A DNA stretch of 51,512 nt from Candidatus Flemingiibacterium sp. (GTDB lineage: Bacteria; Bacillota; Clostridia; Oscillospirales; CAG-272), in contig JAZQXA010000110.1 of assembly GCA_045632605.1 (NCBI GenBank), positions 1 through 51,512 of the forward strand. The letters are read 5' to 3'. Below the pieces are notes generated by a model. It was not told the origin of the DNA. It did not search any database and saw only the letters and a list, made by a program, of their open reading frames with translations. Position 1 is the stretch's first letter, and each line of letters begins with the position of its first letter. This document shows positions 44,018 to 51,512 of this stretch, piece by piece. Made by a program: the position numbers and the translations under genes.

Positions 44018-44398
44018 CTACTTTGCCTTTCGTATATCGGGAATATTCGCAATCATAGCAATGAACTCCGCATCACTCGGACGTCCGCTTGAAAAATTCA
44101 CCGTATGCCCGAAATGCTGTTGCTGTACAATAGGGTCACCGCTGGTCCACGCGCGCGTAATAGCACTGCGTATTGCACTTTCCACGCATGAAACCGTGGT
44201 ATTGTAAGTTTCGGCAATTCTCGGGAATATCTTTTTATTTAATGAAGAAAGAGTGTCCGGCTCTCGCACAGCAATCTGTATCGCATCGAGAAGGTATCTG
44301 TGTCCCTTACAGCCAACCGGAACACTAAGCTCCTTGAGAACCTCATAAATACGCTCTTCGAGTGTTGGATTTCTCATCTTCAAAAGGTCATAATTCAT
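44018..44398 (-). CDS. Stand-alone Spo0A C-terminal (DNA-binding) domain protein, 126 aa, no receiver domain
   Basis: It aligns to the Spo0A effector domain: VPVGCKGHRYLLDAIQIAV..., NTTVSCVESAIRSAITRAW, RPSDAEFIAMIANI. Confidence 0.8.
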   Translation of the reverse strand: MNYDLLKMRNPTLEERIYEVLKELSVPVGCKGHRYLLDAIQIAVREPDTLSSLNKKIFPRIAETYNTTVSCVESAIRSAITRAWTSGDPIVQQQHFGHTVNFSSGRPSDAEFIAMIANIPDIRKAK

Positions 44399-44436
44399 AA
44401 TGGAAGCTCCAAATAGGTAAATTTATATTGTTTTAT

Positions 44437-44465
44437 AGTATATCACAGAAATTCAGGTTTGTCTA
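44437..44465 (-). promoter_or_regulatory. Putative sigma-A promoter of the Spo0A_C-only gene
   Basis: On the minus strand: TAGACA (44465..44460), 17-nt spacer ending in TGTGA, TATACT (44442..44437). Confidence 0.5.
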
Positions 44466-44555
44466 CATTTTTTTATTAAATAAAAATATATTATCCAGAA
44501 ATGATATAAAAAAGAAAACTTTTCCGTATTTTTTCAATAAATTGCCAAAAAACAC

Positions 44556-44584
44556 TTGTCAAGTGAGCAGGTATGGTGTATAAT
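44556..44584 (+). promoter_or_regulatory. Putative sigma-A promoter of the blaI-like operon, with an overlapping 13-nt palindrome
   Basis: TTGTCA (44556..44561), 17-nt spacer, TATAAT (44579..44584). The palindrome CACTTGTCAAGTG (44553..44565) covers the -35. Confidence 0.55.
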
Positions 44585-44642
44585 AATTAATGTATTAAAA
44601 AATCACCGTCAATACGGCGTGTTACATATCGGAGGAAGAATC

Positions 44643-45050
44643 ATGTTAAGACACAGCAAAAAGGATTTCATAAAGCTCCCAGAGTCAGAGCTTCAGATAA
44701 TGCAGCTCATCTGGGATATGGATAAAGCAGGAGTGCCGGATATTCATGCCGGCGCATTAATGTCCGCTTATCCCGATGAAATCGGTCATCTTGCACTGAC
44801 AACCGTCCTCACTCTTATTTCCAGACTGCAGAATAAGGGCTTCATCCGCCTCGAAAAGCACGGACGTGCGAACTGTGCAGTTGTCATCGCCGACGAAAAC
44901 GAATATAAGCGCAAGGCGGCGGCAGATTTTGTCGCAACTGTTTATCAGAACAATACAAAGGGACTCATCTGTGCTCTTTGCAGCGAAGGAATCCTCGGCG
45001 AGGAAGATTTGGCAGAGCTTCGCAGAGAAATAGAGTCCGACCTCGGATAA
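44643..45050 (+). CDS. BlaI/MecI/CopY-family transcriptional repressor
   Basis: LPESELQIMQLIW... is a winged-helix N-terminal domain, and the C-terminal part is a helical dimerisation region. GGAGGAAG RBS and ATG at 44643. It is followed by an M56 peptidase gene. Confidence 0.85.
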   Translation: MLRHSKKDFIKLPESELQIMQLIWDMDKAGVPDIHAGALMSAYPDEIGHLALTTVLTLISRLQNKGFIRLEKHGRANCAVVIADENEYKRKAAADFVATVYQNNTKGLICALCSEGILGEEDLAELRREIESDLG

Positions 45051-45063
45051 AGGCGGTATCACT

Positions 45064-46848
45064 GTGTTCAGCTTTATTTTGAGCCTTCTTGTGCTGAGTC
45101 TTATCTTCAGCATTTCCTGTGCGGCAGCTTTTTTCTTACGAAAAAAGCTTCTCCCGGGACGTGAGGGCATAATGTATCCCGTGTGGATAGTAATACTTAT
45201 AATTTCAGTACTGCCAATCGGGATAAACATTCCAACCCCGAGCAGTAATAATATTGAATATTCCGTATCTGATGTCAGCGCTGAAAACGAAACGGTAAAT
45301 AGCAGCGATAATGACAAAGCTTTTGAAGTTTACGAATCAGGTACAGCGACATCAGTCCAAATATCCGAGCAAAGAACCGCCAACGGCAGGATATATAAGC
45401 TCCGTCGGTCAATGGCGGCGTGTACCGGATATGTAAACGAAATTTCAATCGGTCTTTTTGCTTTGTGGCTTTCGGGAGCAGTTATCGGCTTCGTCCGTGC
45501 CATGTGTAAATACACCGATTCGAGAAAACTCATGATGGCAACCTCTGAAATCTGCCGTGATAAACGCATTATACATATTCTGAACGAGCTTCGCCTTACC
45601 ATGAATATAAAGCGCAGTGTAAAGCTGCGCATCTTCGGAATAGAATCGTTCATGTCCCCCTGCGTATGCGGATTCATATTCCCTACATTATATATTGAAC
45701 CGGGATGTCTTTCAATGCCGGATAACGAGCTTCGCTGTATACTCACGCACGAGCTTACACATATGCGCCGGTTTGATATGCTAACAAAACTCTTCTGTCT
45801 TTTTGTAACATCTGTTCACTGGTTCAATCCGACCTCAAAAAAGGTGCGAGAAACCGTTCTCGAGGACTGTGAACTCTCGTGCGACTACAGCGTTGTAAGA
45901 ATGTTTGGTGTCGGCTCGAGCGGTATGTATATGGGAACAATTCTCGATTTTACCGAGCGCTATTCAAAGCACTGCAAGCTGATTTTCCGCGACGGAATGA
46001 GCTGCGGACTTTTCGCAAGTGAGCCGTCGGGTGCCGCATTTATGAAAATGCGCTACTCTAACATGAAAAACTACCGCGGCGGAAGGCTTATGCTTCCAAT
46101 CGCAGCCGCATTTGCCGCCTTCTCAATAGGATTTAATATATTCACGCTGTCGTTAAGCTCAAATATCACACTTTCAACCTTCGGCTCGGCAATAAAGCTC
46201 TCTCCCGCATTTGACATTATGATACGTGCATATTACGACCTCGACTCAAGCGACTATATCACCCCCGAAATGGTAGACGGTATAAAGTCAATTAAGGTCA
46301 GCGTAAACAGCGATTATAAAAACCGTATGCTCGTTGAATTTACAGTTAATTCCGATAGCCGTATAACCCGTCCGCTGCCGCTGGTATCAAAGGCAAACTA
46401 TACAGAAAACCTACTGCTTGCAGCAATTTGCGAGCACGAAGAAAGCACTCCAAAAACCGGTGCTGACAGTACATCTTACGGTTTGTCGCACTATAATCAT
46501 TTCAAGGCATATTATGTCCTGACAGATGCCGGCAATTTAAATTTCGACGAAACCAATACTGTCGGTGGATGCTATGTCCTCGATTCCGGCTCAACAGAGC
46601 GTGAGCTTGACAAGCTGCATCATATGCTTGATGAGGTAGGCCTTCTTGACGCATGGACAATAACTTCAACCGAATTTGACGCTTCCTCGCTCGGATATTT
46701 TGACAATCTCGAAAGAGTTGAATTTGTCGGACTTACCCCGATCGGATATGATTTCCCGGACAGCGTGAATGTTATAATCTCACCGAAGGACAGAATATTA
46801 TATCCGTCCCCGATAAATCCGGTACATAACATTATATCCGAAACATGA
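45064..46848 (+). CDS. BlaR1-like M56 peptidase signal transducer with a non-PBP C-terminal sensor domain
   Basis: HELTHMRRFD zinc motif within a multi-TM N-terminal region. There is no SxxK/KTG penicillin-binding motif in the C-terminal ~230 aa. GTG start 14 nt after the blaI-like stop. Confidence 0.8.
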   Translation: MFSFILSLLVLSLIFSISCAAAFFLRKKLLPGREGIMYPVWIVILIISVLPIGINIPTPSSNNIEYSVSDVSAENETVNSSDNDKAFEVYESGTATSVQISEQRTANGRIYKLRRSMAACTGYVNEISIGLFALWLSGAVIGFVRAMCKYTDSRKLMMATSEICRDKRIIHILNELRLTMNIKRSVKLRIFGIESFMSPCVCGFIFPTLYIEPGCLSMPDNELRCILTHELTHMRRFDMLTKLFCLFVTSVHWFNPTSKKVRETVLEDCELSCDYSVVRMFGVGSSGMYMGTILDFTERYSKHCKLIFRDGMSCGLFASEPSGAAFMKMRYSNMKNYRGGRLMLPIAAAFAAFSIGFNIFTLSLSSNITLSTFGSAIKLSPAFDIMIRAYYDLDSSDYITPEMVDGIKSIKVSVNSDYKNRMLVEFTVNSDSRITRPLPLVSKANYTENLLLAAICEHEESTPKTGADSTSYGLSHYNHFKAYYVLTDAGNLNFDETNTVGGCYVLDSGSTERELDKLHHMLDEVGLLDAWTITSTEFDASSLGYFDNLERVEFVGLTPIGYDFPDSVNVIISPKDRILYPSPINPVHNIISET

Positions 46849-46922
46849 CACGTTTTAATGCGAAAGCAACTGAATAAAAGTGAATTTTGTAACTTTTAAC
46901 GAAGAAAAATAGCACATACCCC

Positions 46923-46951
46923 TTGACTTTTTCCCGTAAATATGGTATAAT
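46923..46951 (+). promoter_or_regulatory. Consensus sigma-A promoter of the rplU-prp-rpmA operon
   Basis: TTGACT (46923..46928), 17-nt spacer ending in TGG, TATAAT (46946..46951). Confidence 0.75.
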
Positions 46952-46957
46952 AAATAG

Positions 46958-47052
46958 CCGCTTGATTTGTACGGTCTTAATTTGCGTTAAAACGCAAAAC
47001 CTGCATCAGCGAGTTCATGGCAAAATGCCATTCAGAAAGTGAGGTGCTTTTC
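46958..47052 (+). ncRNA. Structured 5' leader of rplU (candidate L21-leader type ribosomal-protein autoregulatory element)
   Basis: About 95 nt lie between the -10 and the rplU GTG, with hairpins TTGCG-loop-CGCAA (46982..46997) and ATGGCA-AAA-TGCCAT (47017..47031). L21 leaders are known upstream of this operon in Firmicutes. Confidence 0.4.
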
Positions 47053-47364
47053 GTGTTTGCAATTATCGTAACAGGCGGAAAGCAGTACAAGGTTAACGAA
47101 GGCGATGTTATCTTCATCGAAAAGCTCGATGTTGAAGCAGAGGACAAGGTTACTTTCGACAAGGTTCTTGCTCTGTCGAACGGCGACAAGTTCACCGTTG
47201 GTGCTCCTTATGTTGAGGGCGCAAGCGTTGAAGCTAAGGTCGTTAAGAACGGTAAGGGTCCCAAGATCCACATCCTGAAGTATAAGTCCAAGAAGGATTC
47301 CAAGAAGAAGATCGGTCACAGACAGCCTTACACCAAGGTTCAGATCGAAAAGATCGTTGGCTAA
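47053..47364 (+). CDS. rplU: 50S ribosomal protein L21
   Basis: (V->M)[24 protein letters not shown]... is canonical L21. GTG start at 47053 with GAGG 8 nt upstream. The ORF-track extension to 47017 lacks an RBS. Confidence 0.93.
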   Translation: MFAIIVTGGKQYKVNEGDVIFIEKLDVEAEDKVTFDKVLALSNGDKFTVGAPYVEGASVEAKVVKNGKGPKIHILKYKSKKDSKKKIGHRQPYTKVQIEKIVG

Positions 47365-47370
47365 TCCAAA

Positions 47371-47727
47371 ATGACAAAGATAGTTTTTCATAAGTGGGAT
47401 AACGTATTTTACGGCTTCAGCGAGCAGGGGCACACCGGTTACGGCGAAGCAGGAAGCGATCCGCTCTGCGCCGCCATCTCCGCTATGACCATGCTGATAA
47501 TCAACACCATTGAGGTTGCTTACGCTTCTGACGTTGATTATACTATTGATGAAGAAACCACAGATATCAGAGTTATTGCGCACGGTGCTCTTCCCGAATT
47601 TGAGGAGGACGAACGCAAACGCTTTGCAATATCGGGTCTTATCCAGGCTTATTACTACCAGCTCAACGATTTAATCGAAGAATACTACGAGTATCTCGAT
47701 GTTGATGTGGTAGAGGAACTCATCTGA
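47371..47727 (+). CDS. prp: Ribosomal-processing cysteine protease Prp (YsxB family)
   Basis: It lies between rplU and rpmA, with GHTGYGEAGSDPLCAAISAM containing the catalytic His/Cys pattern. Confidence 0.88.
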   Translation: MTKIVFHKWDNVFYGFSEQGHTGYGEAGSDPLCAAISAMTMLIINTIEVAYASDVDYTIDEETTDIRVIAHGALPEFEEDERKRFAISGLIQAYYYQLNDLIEEYYEYLDVDVVEELI

Positions 47728-47781
47728 CTTGTAATTCAAATTACGCTTTTTCTCAATTAAGATAACGGAGGTAGATTAACT

Positions 47782-48060
47782 ATGTTAAAGCTCAGCTTAC
47801 AGTTTTTCGCTCATAAGAAGGGCGTCGGCTCCACAAAGAACGGCCGCGACAGCGAAGCAAAGCGTCTTGGCGTTAAGAAGTCTGACGGCCAGGCTGTAAA
47901 GGCAGGCAACATCATCATCCGCCAGAGAGGTACAGCAGTACATCCCGGCAACAATGTCGGAATCGGCAAGGATGACACCCTGTTGCCCTTCGTTGACGGC
48001 ACCGTCAAGTTCGAGTATATCGCAGGCGGCAAGAAGGCTGTCAGCGTTTACAGCGCGTAA
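47782..48060 (+). CDS. rpmA: 50S ribosomal protein L27 with N-terminal Prp-cleaved propeptide
   Basis: [32 protein letters not shown]. The MLKL.LQFFA extension is the known Prp substrate motif in Firmicutes. Confidence 0.95.
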   Translation: MLKLSLQFFAHKKGVGSTKNGRDSEAKRLGVKKSDGQAVKAGNIIIRQRGTAVHPGNNVGIGKDDTLLPFVDGTVKFEYIAGGKKAVSVYSA

Positions 48061-48070
48061 AACAAAACAA

Positions 48071-48111
48071 AAAAAGAGGCTCTCTGCAAATGCGGAGAGC
48101 TTTCTTTTTTT
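48071..48111. terminator. Bidirectional terminator between rpmA and the convergent SLH-protein gene
   Basis: Stem GCTCTCTGC/GCGGAGAGC (one G-T pair) flanked by an A-run and a T-run. Confidence 0.8.
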
Positions 48112-48115
48112 ATAA

Positions 48116-50950
48116 TTATTTAAGCCTGCTGAGCATTACGGCAAATTCAGCCCGGGAAATGTTTGAATGCGGTCTGACTGTACCGTCAGTGAAGCCTTTG
48201 ATGATACCTGAAGCGATACAGCTTGCAATTCCGTCAACTGCCCATGAGGAGATGCTGTCAGCATCGGAAAACGTGATTTCGGCAGACTCGGTTTCAGGAA
48301 GAATAATGCCGAGAACCTTGCAGGCTTCCTCACGTGTTATAGTTGCATTGGCATCGAACAAAACCGTACCGTCTTCAAGTGTGGCGCGTCCGTTCATGAG
48401 TTCTGATGCGATTACGGCACGTATGTAAGGAAGCTTGTCCTCGGGAGTATTATCCTCACACATTATTCCCTCCTCTTTAAAGGGAGAAATGTCAATTCCA
48501 AGCCGACGGGTTAATATTTTTGCGAATTCCCCACGTGTAAGGCTCACATCTGGAGAATATATGGGCGCACCGTCGTCACTTACCTCGCAATCGGAGTCTT
48601 CCAGGGCATAAACTTCATATAGTGCAAGTATTCCGGATTCTGCCCAGTGCCCCTCAAAACCTGATATTGCATATTTTTCGGGACTGCCATAATGTATTAT
48701 TGCCCCGTCAATTAAAAGTGTCCCTTCCGATTCCGGCAAGATTTCAAACACTAAAAGTGAATCAAGAATAAGATTCATCTCTTTTAATTCATCAGGTATG
48801 ACTGCGGTAAGCTCGCACCATCCAAGCGGAACGGTATAATCTTTTGTCACACTGTATTCGAGCGGATGACTGCCTCCGTCAGAGTCAAGCAGTATGGCAG
48901 TAGGTGAAATCGGCAGATCACCGTTTACCCAAAGTTTTATGCTCTTTGCATCAGCAGCAATTTTCACGGGTGTTTTAGGCTTGAGTGAGGAAACGGCATT
49001 TTCTTGACCGTCAGTGTGCGAATATGAAATCTCAAGTGATGCCTCTGACTTATAACCGCCCTCATGCGGCTGTAATTTTATCTTTGCGATATCAGATTCG
49101 GCTGTGAAGCTGTCAACCTGTGCCTTATCTTCAAAATCTGCGATAATATCGGAAAAATCTCCGATTTCAAGTGTTATATATTCCGAAAACTCGCCGTAAC
49201 TAATACCAATTTCGACCATTCCCTCATAAGGGCCACCGCCAAATGACTGAAAGTTTCCGTCAAAATCGAGATAGCCGAGGTCACACACGAGCATTGCACC
49301 GGGGTATAATTCCGGTTCGGGAACATTCTGTTCCCCGTTAAGTGTATAAGAAAACGAGCCGGCATCACAAAGAAGAATTTTTCCGCCGAGTTTTGCTTGA
49401 GCTTTAATCTCGACAAACGTACCCGGGCGAATTTTTTTCGCACTTGCGGTAAACGTGAGCGAATCGGGATTATCAATAACAATTACGCTGACATCTCCGT
49501 CGATTTTATTTTCCGCGCTTGCCGTGCTGACCGTTAACTTGTATTCTCCCGGAATATTTCCTGCCGTAAATCTGTTTTTTGATAACATTCCGGCTCCGTC
49601 ATCATATTCCTCGGCAAAGCTTAAATCAAGCATATCACCGTCAATCTGCATACCGATTGGCATATACGCCGAATCGAGAATCTGCGCTGAAAAATCAACC
49701 GTACTTCCTGCGAGAACATATGGAGTATTCGGCGCCGCAGACAGTGCCGCCGGAATACCGTCCGATTCTTTTCCGCTCACAAACAGTATCGCATTTCCAA
49801 CAGCACGGTAGCTTGTATCCGCCGGTGAATTTATGTATACGCAGTTGGTGTTGTCGGACGCTTTAACCATAACCGTGGTCGAGCCGCCGCCGTCGAGATT
49901 GATTGCCGTTACACATCCAAGCTCTGCCATAACCGCTGAAAGCTCGGAAAGCTTTAGTCCCCGTGAAGCGGAAACACGTCCGTCAACAGCAAAAAACACA
50001 ACACTTCCGTCATCCCTGATGCCGACTGCGGTACGGGGATGACTTATTTTTTCGTGGTCTTCGTCGATTATACCGTCAGGCATTACGCCCTCATTGAGTA
50101 TAATATCACCGCCGCCTATCGCTGTAACAACGTCGTTCCATCCCTCGGCACAAGTTGTATCAAACTGCAAAATATCCCCGACTGCTATTGTTTCAAACAG
50201 ATGATAGTCATAAAATGCCTCAGATATGGATAGCACAGCACATCCATCCGGTATTGGCGTATCCATTCCGGATTCAATAATATCCTCAACCAAACCAAAA
50301 GCCGTGCCTTGTGCCATGAGCGGCTCGGAAAGCTGAATGATAATTTCGCGTGAATTTTCGGTTGACTGTGTGGTTTCTTCGAAATCCTCCGTCAGCATAT
50401 ATACTCCCCATTTTGAGGGATATTTGTTAAGCTGATTTATTTTGAGAGCTTCACCGCCGCCCGTGATATTTGTCACCGTAATCGAAACATACGGTTGCCC
50501 TATAACCGCACTGCCGTCAGCCTTAAAACCAAGCGCATATCGCGAGTCATCGCTTGATATCAGTCTGCCGCCGTCAATCATAACACCCATCGGTACGCCG
50601 GTCTTCATACTGAAAAAGTCGCCGTTGATTGCACCGAATATGGTTTCTCCGCCGCCTTCTGCCGCAGAAACAAGTGCTCCGATACGTCCCGGACCATAAA
50701 CGTAATTACCCCAGCGTACAAGCGGAAGTGTGCCGCCGTTCGGGTCATATTCAAATATGTAGGACTGCTGATTTTTTCCGTTTTGGTCGGTTGACTGAAG
50801 CCCGGTATATTTAAGTCCGTCGCCAACGGTGTCACGTTTTATGTCATATACTTCGCCGAGTCCCGTATAGGCAAGTGCCCCCATCGGAACTTCGGCAAGC
50901 ATTGTGCTCAAAAGTAATGTGCAGAGTATTTTTTTCAGGGATTTTTTCAT
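48116..50950 (-). CDS. Secreted cell-wall protein: phosphodiester glycosidase (NAGPA/DUF2233-like) domain, Ig-like repeats and C-terminal SLH domains
   Basis: Signal peptide MKKSLKKILCTLLLSTMLAEVPMGALA. A central region with AINLDGGGSTT is typical of phosphodiester glycosidase domains. The C-terminal repeats contain the SLH-like motifs LTRGEFAKIL, ITREEACKVL and ISRAEFAVML. Confidence 0.75.
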   Translation of the reverse strand: MKKSLKKILCTLLLSTMLAEVPMGALAYTGLGEVYDIKRDTVGDGLKYTGLQSTDQNGKNQQSYIFEYDPNGGTLPLVRWGNYVYGPGRIGALVSAAEGGGETIFGAINGDFFSMKTGVPMGVMIDGGRLISSDDSRYALGFKADGSAVIGQPYVSITVTNITGGGEALKINQLNKYPSKWGVYMLTEDFEETTQSTENSREIIIQLSEPLMAQGTAFGLVEDIIESGMDTPIPDGCAVLSISEAFYDYHLFETIAVGDILQFDTTCAEGWNDVVTAIGGGDIILNEGVMPDGIIDEDHEKISHPRTAVGIRDDGSVVFFAVDGRVSASRGLKLSELSAVMAELGCVTAINLDGGGSTTVMVKASDNTNCVYINSPADTSYRAVGNAILFVSGKESDGIPAALSAAPNTPYVLAGSTVDFSAQILDSAYMPIGMQIDGDMLDLSFAEEYDDGAGMLSKNRFTAGNIPGEYKLTVSTASAENKIDGDVSVIVIDNPDSLTFTASAKKIRPGTFVEIKAQAKLGGKILLCDAGSFSYTLNGEQNVPEPELYPGAMLVCDLGYLDFDGNFQSFGGGPYEGMVEIGISYGEFSEYITLEIGDFSDIIADFEDKAQVDSFTAESDIAKIKLQPHEGGYKSEASLEISYSHTDGQENAVSSLKPKTPVKIAADAKSIKLWVNGDLPISPTAILLDSDGGSHPLEYSVTKDYTVPLGWCELTAVIPDELKEMNLILDSLLVFEILPESEGTLLIDGAIIHYGSPEKYAISGFEGHWAESGILALYEVYALEDSDCEVSDDGAPIYSPDVSLTRGEFAKILTRRLGIDISPFKEEGIMCEDNTPEDKLPYIRAVIASELMNGRATLEDGTVLFDANATITREEACKVLGIILPETESAEITFSDADSISSWAVDGIASCIASGIIKGFTDGTVRPHSNISRAEFAVMLSRLK

Positions 50951-51125
50951 TAAGGATTCCTTTCGCTATATAAATGGGTGCGTATATATATTGTACCATA
51001 TTAAGACGGCGGCAAAATGTACGAATATGATGGATTTTGTGAATAAATATGAAATATTACATTTTTATTTGTTGCTGATTGGTTAAAATGTGATAACAAG
51101 GTATAAAATTCCTTAAAAAACCGTG

Positions 51126-51154
51126 TCATGAAAAATCGCTCTGCCGCATATAGT
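51126..51154 (+). promoter_or_regulatory. Candidate sigma-E-type (mother-cell) promoter upstream of spoIIID
   Basis: TCATGAA (51126..51132), 14-nt spacer, CATATAGT (51147..51154). Compare the remembered B. subtilis SigE consensus, roughly TCATATT-N14-CATACA-T. Confidence 0.35.
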
Positions 51155-51181
51155 GTTACGACCCGAAAATATTAAAATGAG

Positions 51182-51463
51182 GTGAGCGACTTGTTATATG
51201 AGCGCGACGAACGTCCAAGAAGACTTGCGCTGTATCTGATAGAAGAAAAAAGCACGGTAAGAAGTACTGCCGCCGTCTTCGGCATCAGTAAATCTACCGT
51301 ACATAAGGATGTTTCTGTAAGACTTGCAAAAATCGACCCCGTCCTTCACCGCGAGGTTCAAAAGGTTCTCGACACAAACAAATCCGAGCGCCATATCCGC
51401 GGCGGTGATGCAACCAAACGCAAATATGAGGCGGCCAAGGGTGGGGAAAACGGTAGGTGTTAG
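51182..51463 (+). CDS. spoIIID: Sporulation transcriptional regulator SpoIIID
   Basis: STVRSTAAVFGISKSTVHKDVSVRLAKIDPVLHREVQKVLDTNKSERHIRGGDATKRKY aligns closely with B. subtilis SpoIIID. The start is either the GTG at 51182 or the TTG at 51191 (better spaced from GAGGTG). Confidence 0.9.
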   Translation: MSDLLYERDERPRRLALYLIEEKSTVRSTAAVFGISKSTVHKDVSVRLAKIDPVLHREVQKVLDTNKSERHIRGGDATKRKYEAAKGGENGRC

Positions 51464-51512
51464 CGTATAAGTATTACGGTCACTTTTTTTCAAAGTCGGA
51501 GGCCAAGCGGTC

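Noticed and set aside
44757-45317. 186-aa minus-strand ORF
   Set aside because: It is antisense across the blaI/blaR1-like junction, with no RBS or domain. It is a shadow ORF.
47032-47583. 183-aa minus-strand ORF
   Set aside because: It is antisense to the rplU and prp genes, which are unambiguous. It is a shadow ORF.

Overview
This window looks like core chromosome from a Gram-positive, endospore-lineage Clostridia-type bacterium. My guess of Oscillospiraceae/Ruminococcaceae-like cannot be verified here. I call about 50 protein genes and 4 tRNAs. I saw no rRNA, CRISPR array, transposase, integrase or phage genes. Left to right: the F0 part of an F-type ATP synthase operon (atpI-B-E-F, running off the left edge); a MarR + ABC exporter pair; an orphan 346-aa ORF; a FliB-like Cys-rich protein; a Nudix-GNAT fusion; a DUF402 protein; a TrkH/TrkA K+ uptake pair; tRNA-Thr/tRNA-Tyr; a HisJ-type histidinol phosphatase; a minus-strand block asnB / ATP-grasp ligase / Asp-Glu racemase / murE / tyrA; a TtcA-like PP-loop enzyme; a muramoyl-alanine amidase; a GerA/SpoVAF-family protein; a DUF3048 lipoprotein; cyclophilin; an HxxxD acyltransferase coupled to a zinc-ribbon membrane protein; YitT; a metallophosphoesterase; an M23 peptidase; pgi plus a small P-loop protein; rpmB; two tandem paralogous ~610-aa proteins of unrecognised family; tRNA-Thr/tRNA-Asp; a GH3 beta-glucosidase; tcdA; a DUF4830 protein; nnr; a Spo0A-like gene next to a stand-alone Spo0A C-domain gene; a BlaI/BlaR1-like pair; rplU-prp-rpmA; a 944-aa SLH-anchored wall protein; and spoIIID. 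Many intergenic regions carry near-consensus sigma-A promoters (TTGACA-17-TATAAT) and clean rho-independent terminators. There are four main second-look items. (1) The Spo0A-like protein has all of its receiver-domain phospho-chemistry residues substituted, and it sits beside a receiver-less Spo0A_C paralog. (2) The asnB/ATP-grasp/racemase/murE operon predicts a D-Asx peptidoglycan side chain, and its MurE lacks the mDAP-specific DNPR arginine. (3) The tandem paralog pair shows mosaic conservation and shares an upstream motif at identical spacing from each promoter. (4) The ATP synthase c subunit carries a two-carboxylate Na+-type motif. All calls come from reading the sequence and ORF translations and from remembered family signatures. 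No database search was run.
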